From an uncultured Nitrosomonadales bacterium (GTDB lineage Bacteria > Pseudomonadota > Gammaproteobacteria > Burkholderiales > Gallionellaceae): a stretch of DNA of 64,000 nt. The stretch is taken from the NCBI GenBank assembly GCA_903861075.1, contig CAIOSY010000055.1, positions 8,877 through 72,876 of the forward strand, in the 5' to 3' direction. Shown here one piece after another: positions 51,732-60,746 of this stretch (the first letter of the stretch is position 1; the number at the start of each line of letters is the position of its first letter). The notes beneath the pieces were generated by a model that worked only from the letters and a program-made list of their open reading frames with translations, was not told the origin of the DNA and searched no databases. The position numbers and the translations under genes are program-made.

Positions 51732-52307
51732 ATGAATGTGCCTGAAATGACCGAACCTGAAATAAATGTCAAGCCTAAGCTGAGAGTGGCTACAACGTCA
51801 CTGGCGGGTTGCTTCGGCTGTCATATGTCTTTTCTTGACATCGACGAACGTTTGTTTGATCTGCTGGAACTGGTTGAGTTCGACCGTTCGCCGTTGACTG
51901 ACATCAAACATTGCGGACCTTGTGACATCGGTATTATTGAAGGGGGGGTGTGCAATGCCGAAAACGTGCATGTGCTGCGGGAATTTCGTGCTAACTGCAA
52001 GATATTGATCGCGATCGGGGCTTGCGCGATCAATGGTGGTTTGCCTGCACAGCGTAATCACCTGCCTTTGTCTATTGTTTTGGAAGAGGTCTACCATGCT
52101 CAGCACGGGTTGGTGGATGGTTTTATACCTAACGATCCCGAATTGCCACTGCCGCTGGACAAAGTGCATCCTATCCATGAGGTGGTGCAAGTGGATTACT
52201 TTATTCCTGGCTGCCCGCCTTCAGGCGATGCGATATGGAAAGTACTGACCGATCTGCTCGCGGGCAGAGAGCCGGAACTGGGTCACGGCCTGATTCATTA
52301 CGATTAA
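51732..52307 (+). CDS. hoxY: [NiFe]-hydrogenase small subunit, group 3d
   Basis: GCFGC, EGG, GACA and IPGCPP; a single [4Fe-4S] site in a short subunit. Confidence 0.95.
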   Translation: MNVPEMTEPEINVKPKLRVATTSLAGCFGCHMSFLDIDERLFDLLELVEFDRSPLTDIKHCGPCDIGIIEGGVCNAENVHVLREFRANCKILIAIGACAINGGLPAQRNHLPLSIVLEEVYHAQHGLVDGFIPNDPELPLPLDKVHPIHEVVQVDYFIPGCPPSGDAIWKVLTDLLAGREPELGHGLIHYD

Positions 52308-52318
52308 AGGTTAATTTT

Positions 52319-53809
52319 ATGTCTACAACATTGGAAACGGCAACAAATCCGGAAAATCTGCGACGTGTTGCTATTGATCCGGTATCGCGCGTTGAAGGTC
52401 ACGGCAAGGTAACTATCCTGCTGGATGATAAGAACAAAGTGCATCAGGTACGTCTGCATATCGTCGAATTTCGCGGCTTTGAGAAATTCATACAGGGACG
52501 TCCCTACTGGGAAGTGCCGGTGATGGTGCAGCGCTTATGTGGTATTTGCCCTGTGAGTCATCATCTGGCTGCCAGCAAAGCGCTTGATGCCATCGTTGGC
52601 GCAAAGCATTTGACGCCTACCGCCGAAAAAATACGTCGTTTGATGCATTACGGTCAGATATTTCAATCCCATGCGCTGCATTTTTTCCATCTTTGCTCGC
52701 CTGATTTGCTGTTCGGTTTCGACAGTGATGTTTCCCGGCGCAATATAGTCGGAGTCGCTGAAAAATATCCTGAAACTGCGAAACGCGGCGTGTTGATGCG
52801 CAAGTTCGGTCAGGAAGTCATCCGTCATACCGCAGGTAAACGTGTGCATGGTACGGGGGCGGTTCCCGGTGGTGTCAATAAGTCGCTGACGATCGCCGAG
52901 CGTGACGAACTGCTCAAAGGTATTTACCAGATGGTGGCATGGAGCCGCGATGCAGTTCACATGATCAAGGAATTGCATCATCAGAATCCCGAGTTATACA
53001 ACAGTTTCGGTGCATTCCGTGCCAATTTTATGTCCATGGTCGGCTATGACGGCGGGCTTGATTTGTACCACGGCACGTTGCGCGGTCGCGATGAGAACGG
53101 CAATATCATGTTTGATGGAGTGGACTACCGGAATTACACGGATTTGATCGGTGAAGAGGTCAAAAACTGGAGTTATATGAAGTTCCCCTACCTTAAATCG
53201 TTGGGCAAGGAAAAAGGCTGGTATCGGGTAGGTCCGTTGTCACGGGTGCAGAACTGCGACTTTATCCCTACGCCGCTGGCTGAGATTGAGCGTCGGGAAT
53301 TTGTCGCCTACAGTGGTGTAATGCCGATGCATGCACCGCTCGGTTACCACTGGGCGCGTATGATCGAAATGCTGCATGCCGCCGAAATGATTAAAGATTT
53401 GTTGCATGACGACGCTATCACCGGCAGCGAACTGATGACTTCTGGTGTGCGCGGCATCGAGGGTGTGGGTGTGATTGAAGCGCCGCGCGGTACGTTGATC
53501 CATCATTATCGTGTGGATGAAAACGATCTGGTTACCATGTGTAATTTGATCGTCTCTACCACGCACAATAATCAGGCTATGAACGAAGCGGTACGCCGGG
53601 TTGCGCAGCAATATCTGAACGGCCATGAAATCACAGAAGGTCTGCTCAATCATATTGAGGTGGCCGTGCGGGCCTTTGATCCGTGTCTTTCCTGCGCGAC
53701 CCATGCCTTGGGTAAAATGCCATTGGAAGTCGAAGTGTTGAATGAGGCGGGTGAGCAATTGTCCAGTTTGTCGCGTTCTGCTGAAGGTGTGGTTTGTTCC
53801 CTGAACTGA
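52319..53809 (+). CDS. hoxH: [NiFe]-hydrogenase large subunit, group 3d
   Basis: SRVEGHGK, L1 motif RLCGICPVSH, APRG, L2 motif DPCLSCATH and a cleavable C-terminal tail. Confidence 0.97.
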   Translation: MSTTLETATNPENLRRVAIDPVSRVEGHGKVTILLDDKNKVHQVRLHIVEFRGFEKFIQGRPYWEVPVMVQRLCGICPVSHHLAASKALDAIVGAKHLTPTAEKIRRLMHYGQIFQSHALHFFHLCSPDLLFGFDSDVSRRNIVGVAEKYPETAKRGVLMRKFGQEVIRHTAGKRVHGTGAVPGGVNKSLTIAERDELLKGIYQMVAWSRDAVHMIKELHHQNPELYNSFGAFRANFMSMVGYDGGLDLYHGTLRGRDENGNIMFDGVDYRNYTDLIGEEVKNWSYMKFPYLKSLGKEKGWYRVGPLSRVQNCDFIPTPLAEIERREFVAYSGVMPMHAPLGYHWARMIEMLHAAEMIKDLLHDDAITGSELMTSGVRGIEGVGVIEAPRGTLIHHYRVDENDLVTMCNLIVSTTHNNQAMNEAVRRVAQQYLNGHEITEGLLNHIEVAVRAFDPCLSCATHALGKMPLEVEVLNEAGEQLSSLSRSAEGVVCSLN

Positions 53810-54354
53810 TGGTCGCGCCTATTCTTGTTTTTGCCATTGGTAACGAATCTCGAGCGGATGACGCGTTAGGGCCGTTGCTGTTGCGCGACCTGGGTGGCTG
53901 GTTGAAGGAAAGCAAGCTCTCAGAGCAGGTTGAACTTTTGGAAGAATTCCAGTTGCAGGTCGAAAATGCGTTGGATATGAAAGATCGGCAATTGGTTTTG
54001 TTCATTGATGCGGGGATGGATACACCGACGCCGTTTGCTTTTTATCATGCGCAGCCCGGTGATGAACGTATGTTATATAGTCATGCACTCACCCCGGAAT
54101 CCTTGTTAAAAGTATATGTGCAGTTCTACGAAAGAAATGCTCCGGATGTTTTCGTGCTGTGTATACGCGGGATCAGCTTTGAATTGGGTGGCTCACTCAC
54201 TCTGCAGGCCGCAGCCAATTTGAGCGCTGCGCTTGATTTTGTTAAGTTATGCTTGTTGGATTTGGATGTGCTGAGTTGGGACAGCCAATGTACACAGCAA
54301 GCCTTGGGCGTATCAATCCGATCGGCGCAGGAAACAAACCAGATTACCCGCTGA
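53809..54354 (+). CDS. hoxW: hydrogenase maturation endopeptidase
   Basis: FAIGNESRADDALG, LFIDA and SH.L.P motifs; start coupled to the hoxH stop. Confidence 0.92.
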   Translation: MVAPILVFAIGNESRADDALGPLLLRDLGGWLKESKLSEQVELLEEFQLQVENALDMKDRQLVLFIDAGMDTPTPFAFYHAQPGDERMLYSHALTPESLLKVYVQFYERNAPDVFVLCIRGISFELGGSLTLQAAANLSAALDFVKLCLLDLDVLSWDSQCTQQALGVSIRSAQETNQITR

Positions 54355-54470
54355 ACCGGGTTGAGATAGAACCGGATAGATTCCGGATGGTCAGTAATGC
54401 TCACCCGTATGCTTATTTTTGTCCTACTAAACTGCAATTTTACTCATCTACCGGATTTCGCAAGAGTTGC

Positions 54471-55412
54471 ATGAAGCAAAATAACTATAAAAATACGCTG
54501 GAATGGTTAAAAACCAACCCTGCTTTGGATGAACTTTGCGCCAGGCATCCGGAGGAATGGAGCGTGGTACAGCAGGATATTTCTGACATTGCTAAGCGCG
54601 GCGTTGCAAAAGAATTGAAAGCTTATTTGGAACGGCTATCAACCCCGATGGAGCTTGCCAGAAATTCGCCAAAGAATCGGCAGAAAAACATGGAAGCGGC
54701 ACTGTCGCAATTGATCCGTAGCCGCATGGCACATGCGTCCGTCAAAAAACTCTGTCAGTCAACGCTGGCCGCAGTTACCGGCGTGAAGAAGGGCAAGATG
54801 AAATTCAATCTGTTCAATGGCTATATCGCGCAGAAATTGTTGTTTTCCCGGGGGCTGGAACGCAAACCGGTTGCTCTGAGCTGGTTTAAACTGTTCTGGC
54901 CGTTGGTATGGCAAAAAAAATGGCTTATGCCCTTGGTAGAACCCAAAGGAATTTACTGTTTTTATTCGCGCGAACTGATCAACGCTATGGTTGAAATGAT
55001 CGCTGCAAGAAATTGTCTGGAAATTGGTGCGGGAGACGGAACGCTGGCGCGTTTTCTGAAAAATCAGGGCGTTCAATTGATAGCAACGGATAATTACGGC
55101 TGGAATAATACGATTGACTACCCCGAATATGTTCTCAATCTTGATGCCCGCGAAGCGCTGGCCAGCTATGCGCCGGAGGTGGTTATCTGTTCGTGGCCGC
55201 CGTCACAAAACGACTTTGAACGCCACGTATTCAATACGCCTAGCGTACAGCTTTATATTGTCATTGGCAGTCGCCATCAAATTGCATTCGGCAATTGGAA
55301 AGACTACAAGCAGCAATCTTTTTTTGATCTTGAAGAAGATAAGACGCTGGCCGCGCTGGTGATTCCACCCGAATTGGGCGCTTCGGTATATGTGTTTCGA
55401 CGCAAACAGTAG
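54471..55412 (+). CDS. uncharacterised class I SAM-dependent methyltransferase-like protein
   Basis: CLEIGAGDG motif I, IATD motif II and VVICSWPP motif IV, preceded by a helical N-terminal domain of about 160 aa. Confidence 0.75.
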   Translation: MKQNNYKNTLEWLKTNPALDELCARHPEEWSVVQQDISDIAKRGVAKELKAYLERLSTPMELARNSPKNRQKNMEAALSQLIRSRMAHASVKKLCQSTLAAVTGVKKGKMKFNLFNGYIAQKLLFSRGLERKPVALSWFKLFWPLVWQKKWLMPLVEPKGIYCFYSRELINAMVEMIAARNCLEIGAGDGTLARFLKNQGVQLIATDNYGWNNTIDYPEYVLNLDAREALASYAPEVVICSWPPSQNDFERHVFNTPSVQLYIVIGSRHQIAFGNWKDYKQQSFFDLEEDKTLAALVIPPELGASVYVFRRKQ

Positions 55413-55456
55413 CCGCAAGCAAGTATTGTTGGATAAGCTTAAAAACCTCAGTTCGA

Positions 55457-55584
55457 TCCGCAGATTACGCAGATTCCCGCAGATTTTCAAGCCGTTACAG
55501 CTATTGGTGCTCTCACCTGATGGGTTGCCATAGGGTTTATTGTAAGCCTTTGTTTTAATAGGTTTTAATCTGTTTTTTCTGAGG
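55457..55584. repeat. CGCAGATT tandem repeat with a degenerate inverted partner
   Basis: CGCAGATT at 55458, 55467 and 55477. AATCTGTTTTTTCTGAGG (55567-55584) matches 13/18 of the reverse complement of CCGCAGATTACGCAGATT. Confidence 0.7.
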
Positions 55585-55714
55585 ATAAACGCTTTTAATA
55601 GGATACGTGATGAACCAGGCTGTGTTTTCAGCTTTTCTGATATTGGCAAAAGCAAATTAGATCAAATCACATAAAGCGGTCGTTCGCGACGTGTCACTGT
55701 GGGATAATTCGTCT

Positions 55715-57916
55715 ATGAATACGACACTTTTATCCGGACTTAATCCCCCTCAATTACAGGCTGTTACGCTTCCTTCTCAATCCGCGTTAATTTTAGCGGG
55801 TGCGGGCAGTGGCAAGACTCGCGTTTTGACCACGCGTATCGCTTATCTTATTAGTACGGGCGCGGTTAGTCCGCATGAGATTTTAGCCGTCACTTTTACC
55901 AATAAAGCAGCAAAGGAAATGATTACGCGTTTGTCGGCGATGTTACCTATCAACACACGTGGTATGTGGATAGGCACATTTCACGGCCTGTGTAACCGTT
56001 TGTTGCGCGCGCATTATCGCGAGGCGGCCTTGCCGCAAACTTTTCAGATTTTAGATTCTGGCGATCAGCTCTCTGCGATTAAGCGTGTGATGAAGGCACA
56101 GAACGTGGATGATGAAAAATTTCCGCCGCGTGAAATGCAAAATTTTATTAGTGGCAGCAAAGAGCAAGGATTACGCGCTCATGATGTGGAAGCTTTTGAC
56201 CCTTATACCCGTCGTAAAGTTGAGGTGTATGCCGAATACGATGCGCAGTGTCAGCGTGAGGGCGTGGTAGATTTTTCAGAGTTATTGCTGCGCTGTTATG
56301 AGTTGCTAACGCGCAATACGGCATTGCGTGAACATTATCAGGAGCGCTTTAAACATATACTGGTCGATGAGTTTCAGGATACAAATCATTTGCAGTATCA
56401 ATGGCTTAAGTTGCTTGCCGGTGGTGGCGTGACAGGCTCTGATGTTCAGCGGCATACTTCTTCCCGGCAAGACCGGCATTCATTGTTTGCGGTAGGTGAT
56501 GATGATCAGTCTATTTATGCATTTCGGGGGGCCAATGTCGGCAATATGAAGGACTTATTGCGCGATTTTAAAGTCGAGGCAGTAATCAAGCTGGAGCAAA
56601 ATTATCGCTCGCACGGCAATATCCTTGATGCAGCGAATGCGTTGATTAGCAATAACCGTAATCGTATGGGTAAAAATCTTTGGACTCAGGCGTTGGGAGG
56701 CGAAAAATTAAGGGTGTATGAAGCGCCGACGGATGTTGAGGAGGCGGGGTTTGTTGTCAATGAAATTCGGCAACTGAAATCCGATGGATTCAAACTTGCG
56801 GAGATAGCCTTGCTGTATCGGTCTAATGCGCAGTCACGGGTGTTGGAACACGCGCTCGTATCGGCAGGATTATCCTATCGTGTTTATGGTGGTTTGCGAT
56901 TTTTTGAACGGCAGGAAATTAAACATGCCTTAGCGTATTTGCGCTTGATGCAGAATACCGATGATGATAATGCGCTGTTGCGTGTCATCAATTTCCCAAC
57001 CCGCGGTATCGGTGCGCGCAGTATTGAGCAGGTGCAAGAATCCGCACAGATGCACGGGACAACGCTATGGGATGCGGCGGCGCGTGCAGGTGGCAAAGTG
57101 TCCGCCTTTGTCGGCCTGATAGAATCACTGCGTAGTGCCACAGCCGCGTTACCGCTCCCGGAAATTATGGATCATGTATTAGTTCACAGTGGCCTGCTTG
57201 AGCATTACCAAAATGAGAAAGGGGCAAAAAAACGTGAAGCTGAGGAGCGCCTGGAGAATTTGAAAGAGTTGGTCACGGCGGCAACGCTGTTTGTGCATGA
57301 AAATGAAGATGACAGTTTGACCTCGTTTTTGACTCATGCCTCGCTGGAAGCCGGTGAACACCAGGCCGGTGATCAGGAAGATGCCCTGCATTTGATGACG
57401 GTACATGCATCCAAAGGACTGGAATTTAATGCGGTTTTTATTACCGGACTTGAAGAAGGCTTGTTTCCGCATCAAAATAGCCAGCGTGTAGAGGGGGGGC
57501 TGGATGAAGAGCGCCGTTTGATGTATGTGGCGATTACCCGTGCCCGTCGCCGTTTATACATGAGTTTTGCGCAAAGGCGTATGTTAAACGGACAGGTGAG
57601 TTACGGTGCACCTTCGGCGTTTTTGAAGGAGTTGCCCGAAGCGTTGTTACAATGGTTATCAGCACGCGCAGCCCCGCGTAACCCTTTTGCCTCCTTTGGT
57701 TATTCTTCTCCCGTTACGCCTGTGCAAGCGCCCCAGCAAAAAGAAATTGCCGGTGCTGTCTGGAAAACGGGTCAAAGCGTTATGCACCAGAAGTTTGGTG
57801 CAGGGGTGGTGACTGGTGTGGAGGGGCGTGGCAACGATGGTCGTGTTCAGGTTAATTTTAAACATGCGGGTAGTAAATGGCTGGCGCTGGAATATGCAAA
57901 ACTGACTGCATTATGA
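55715..57916 (+). CDS. uvrD: DNA helicase II (UvrD)
   Basis: AGAGSGKT, TFTNKAA, VDEFQDT, VGDDDQSIY, LEQNYRS, TVHASKGLEF and EERRLMYV motifs; C-terminal tudor-like domain. Confidence 0.97.
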   Translation: MNTTLLSGLNPPQLQAVTLPSQSALILAGAGSGKTRVLTTRIAYLISTGAVSPHEILAVTFTNKAAKEMITRLSAMLPINTRGMWIGTFHGLCNRLLRAHYREAALPQTFQILDSGDQLSAIKRVMKAQNVDDEKFPPREMQNFISGSKEQGLRAHDVEAFDPYTRRKVEVYAEYDAQCQREGVVDFSELLLRCYELLTRNTALREHYQERFKHILVDEFQDTNHLQYQWLKLLAGGGVTGSDVQRHTSSRQDRHSLFAVGDDDQSIYAFRGANVGNMKDLLRDFKVEAVIKLEQNYRSHGNILDAANALISNNRNRMGKNLWTQALGGEKLRVYEAPTDVEEAGFVVNEIRQLKSDGFKLAEIALLYRSNAQSRVLEHALVSAGLSYRVYGGLRFFERQEIKHALAYLRLMQNTDDDNALLRVINFPTRGIGARSIEQVQESAQMHGTTLWDAAARAGGKVSAFVGLIESLRSATAALPLPEIMDHVLVHSGLLEHYQNEKGAKKREAEERLENLKELVTAATLFVHENEDDSLTSFLTHASLEAGEHQAGDQEDALHLMTVHASKGLEFNAVFITGLEEGLFPHQNSQRVEGGLDEERRLMYVAITRARRRLYMSFAQRRMLNGQVSYGAPSAFLKELPEALLQWLSARAAPRNPFASFGYSSPVTPVQAPQQKEIAGAVWKTGQSVMHQKFGAGVVTGVEGRGNDGRVQVNFKHAGSKWLALEYAKLTAL

Positions 57917-58359
57917 ATGCCTTGAATATTCCGGTCGCGGCATTGAACGATGAGCGCTTGGCCTTGATTGTTGCGAGTTATCAGCGTTTGACGGGTAGGG
58001 CATTGTTGCAAGTGCCGTTTGATCCTTTGGCGTTGTGGAACGCACCGTGTGCTATCGTGGCTCATGGCACGCAAGCCGACCCGATTTTTTTTTACGCCAA
58101 TCGACGTGCATTACAATTGTTCGAGATGAGTTTTGCTGATTTTGTATGTTTGCCCTCAAGGTTGTCAGCCGAGCCTCAGGCGCAAGATGAGCGTATCCGG
58201 TTGTTGGCGAAGGTCGCCAGGCAAGGCTTTGTCGATGATTACTGCGGTGTGCGTATTAGTGGTAAGAACAACCGGTTTTTAATCAGCAATGCCTGCGTCT
58301 GGAATCTAACTGATACGGCTGGTGTGCTTCACGGACAAGCTGCAAGTTTCGTGCTGTAA
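57913..58359 (+). CDS. stand-alone MEKHLA (PAS-like) domain protein
   Basis: SYQRLTGR, HG.QADP.F.YAN..AL.LFE, PSRLSAE and Y.GVRIS motifs; ATGA overlap with uvrD. Confidence 0.9.
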   Translation: MNALNIPVAALNDERLALIVASYQRLTGRALLQVPFDPLALWNAPCAIVAHGTQADPIFFYANRRALQLFEMSFADFVCLPSRLSAEPQAQDERIRLLAKVARQGFVDDYCGVRISGKNNRFLISNACVWNLTDTAGVLHGQAASFVL

Positions 58360-58518
58360 TAAAAAGTCTTATAAAATAATCGTGTTTGTTGATGCTTCAA
58401 GCTTCAGTGAATTCAGATTGTTAATTGCTGTTCTCAGCAGAATGTCAGGCGTAAAGTTTTGTAAAAATATCCTTTTTTATCAACGTTGTGAGTGTGATCG
58501 AGTTTATAGGAGGACATA

Positions 58519-58995
58519 ATGATGAACCTTATCCGTTGGATTCTTTTGCTTGTAACTTTGCTGTGTGTCGTAAATGCCAATGCGGGTAGCGATATTGTTT
58601 TGATTGACCACATGGAAAAAGCTTACACCGTTTATGCCGGACTCCCCCTGGATAGAGCCGAGCTGGCAAAAAGCAAGCTTGAAGGTCAGCCAGTTGATAT
58701 GATTCCGTTCGAAAAGTTTGAACTAAATCAGAATAAAATCATTGGGGATCGCGTCGTAAGAAATGACTATCAAGGTGACAGAACAGAGGAAGGTATTGTT
58801 GCCCTTGTTAAAAAATATCCGGGAACTCCTTTTGGCGTTACATGGAACGGTGGGATCGCCTATACAAGAAATGATTATCAGGCAGCAAAAAAAGCGTTCG
58901 AAGCATTCAATACGCCGGAAGGTTTTATAAAGCCAAAACCAGACCAAGATCCCGTCTTACCCATAAATCATCTGAAATCTCTGCTTGGCTGGTAA
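58519..58995 (+). CDS. secreted hypothetical protein
   Basis: AGGAGG SD and a Sec signal ending ANA; no family recognised. Confidence 0.8.
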   Translation: MMNLIRWILLLVTLLCVVNANAGSDIVLIDHMEKAYTVYAGLPLDRAELAKSKLEGQPVDMIPFEKFELNQNKIIGDRVVRNDYQGDRTEEGIVALVKKYPGTPFGVTWNGGIAYTRNDYQAAKKAFEAFNTPEGFIKPKPDQDPVLPINHLKSLLGW

Positions 58996-59037
58996 AAGAG
59001 CTAACGGGTCTCGAAAGTTAACTGGGGCGAGTCAATT

Positions 59038-59790
59038 TCAGGGAGTGGAGGGCGTTAACTCATCCTCGAGTGGGAAAATGTTGCGGTAGCTGACATATAA
59101 AGAGGTCAGACCCAGTGGTAGTAGTACGATAAGGCCAATCCCGAAAGGCACTATGCTCAGCGCTATGCCGATGAACTGAATTAGCAGGCTGTAAACGGTA
59201 TAGGGAATCAGATTGCGCAATGAGCCTGACAGACTGGCGCGCAAGGCTGCCAAAGGCGTAATTTCATTAAAATACACTAGCATAGGTGCGTACTGGACGG
59301 CCATCATCAATAAGCATACCAGTGCAAAACCCAGCATCAGGCTGAGTGATACCCCGGATCCTGAAGCAAGCATCGCATCCATCAATAGTTGCGGATTACT
59401 GTTGGATTGATATGCTTCCAATAGTTTACTTAAGGGTTCGCCGCCGACTAACATCATGAGCATTGATGCGAGCAGAAGTCCCAGCAAAAATAACCCCCCC
59501 AGTGAAATTAAGCGCGCCGTATGCTGTTGAAATCCCGCGAACAGCTGTATTAACACAACTTCTTCATCCTCTTCCAGTGCGCGACAAACGCGCATATATC
59601 CGGTCATCAATAAAGGCATGAATAAAACTGCCACCAGGGGGCCTATCGCCGGTAGTCGTAGCGCAAAAAATAAAATCAATGCGGCGGTCAAGGCGAGGCT
59701 GATGGCTTGTAATGGTTTGCGCAGTATGAGTTGGCTGCCTTGTTTTATCCATGTCCAGCCACGAGCGGGATGCATTTTTCTGATTTCCAT
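59038..59790 (-). CDS. BPSS1780-family inner membrane protein
   Basis: RGWTWIKQG N-terminus, multiple TM segments, FAP/YAP-like motif and SLYVSYRNIF. Confidence 0.85.
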   Translation of the reverse strand: MEIRKMHPARGWTWIKQGSQLILRKPLQAISLALTAALILFFALRLPAIGPLVAVLFMPLLMTGYMRVCRALEEDEEVVLIQLFAGFQQHTARLISLGGLFLLGLLLASMLMMLVGGEPLSKLLEAYQSNSNPQLLMDAMLASGSGVSLSLMLGFALVCLLMMAVQYAPMLVYFNEITPLAALRASLSGSLRNLIPYTVYSLLIQFIGIALSIVPFGIGLIVLLPLGLTSLYVSYRNIFPLEDELTPSTP

Positions 59791-59801
59791 TTAAACCTCG
59801 C

Positions 59802-60743
59802 TTATAGCCAGACGACATGTGTCGTAGCGATATGGTTTTGTAGAATGCGCTCAAAATGACGAGGGTCATGTGCGTGTATCAATTCGCCTTCCCGTGGCAA
59901 ATGTAAATCAAATAAGCGTGAAAGCCAAAAACGTAGTGCGGCCAGACGTAACATTTGTTGCCATGATTTATGTTCGATTTCGTTGAACGGGCGAACGGCA
60001 TGATAAGCGCGTAAAAATATTTGGGTGCGCGGGATGTCAAGAGTGCCATCTGTATTCATGCACCAATCATTCACGGTAATGGCCACGTCATATAGCAGTA
60101 AGTCGGTGCAGGCAAAATAAAAATCAATCAGCCCTCCGATACGGTTATCCTCGAGTAACACATTGTCACGAAATAAGTCGGCGTGTATGAGTCCTGTGGG
60201 CAGACATAATTGAGCGCTCTTTGCATGGAGTGCCACTTCTGTATCCAGAAGTTCTTGTTGATTTTCCTCCAGAAAAGGCCTTACTTGAAGGGATGTCGCA
60301 GCGCGCCAGAGCTTGCCTCTTGGATTGGGCATGTTGTGCGAAAAACTCTGACCCGCAGTATGCATCTGAGCCAGCATTTCGCCCATGGCATAACATTGCA
60401 CTAACGTCGGCGTGGTCGTGGATTTACCATTTAAGCGGCTGACGATGCAGGCGGGCTTGTCGTTAAGTACTTTTAAAAATTGATCATAACGATTCGCCAT
60501 CGGTGCGGGGCAGGGAATGCCGTGTCGCGCTAGATGTGCCATCAAATTCATGTGAAAAGGGAGTTCTTCAAAACTGAGTTTTTCGAATAAAGTCAGTACG
60601 AAACGACCTGTGCTGGTAGTGACAAAATAATTGGTATTTTCGATGCCCGATGCGATGCCTTGCAGTTCGAGCAATTTTCCTAATGAATAATCACCTAGCC
60701 AGGCGGTCAGCTCATCTTTTGAAACAGTAGTGTAAACAGACAT
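59802..60743 (-). CDS. thrB: homoserine kinase, type II (APH-like)
   Basis: MSVYT, GIENTNY, LTLFE, GLIHADLFRDN, IDFYFA and ALRFWLSRL motifs. Confidence 0.95.
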   Translation of the reverse strand: MSVYTTVSKDELTAWLGDYSLGKLLELQGIASGIENTNYFVTTSTGRFVLTLFEKLSFEELPFHMNLMAHLARHGIPCPAPMANRYDQFLKVLNDKPACIVSRLNGKSTTTPTLVQCYAMGEMLAQMHTAGQSFSHNMPNPRGKLWRAATSLQVRPFLEENQQELLDTEVALHAKSAQLCLPTGLIHADLFRDNVLLEDNRIGGLIDFYFACTDLLLYDVAITVNDWCMNTDGTLDIPRTQIFLRAYHAVRPFNEIEHKSWQQMLRLAALRFWLSRLFDLHLPREGELIHAHDPRHFERILQNHIATTHVVWL

Positions 60744-60746
60744 ACG

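Noticed and set aside
54249-54470. 74-aa N-terminal extension of the methyltransferase ORF
   Set aside because: Overlaps hoxW and the intergenic hairpins; ATG 54471 is the more plausible start.
55457-55484. CGCAGATT array or (GCCTGTGCT)3 as CRISPR remnants
   Set aside because: Units are 8-10 nt with no spacers; no cas genes in the window.
58389-58402. TTGATGCTTCAA as an FNR box
   Set aside because: Spacing and right half-site do not fit TTGAT-N4-ATCAA.
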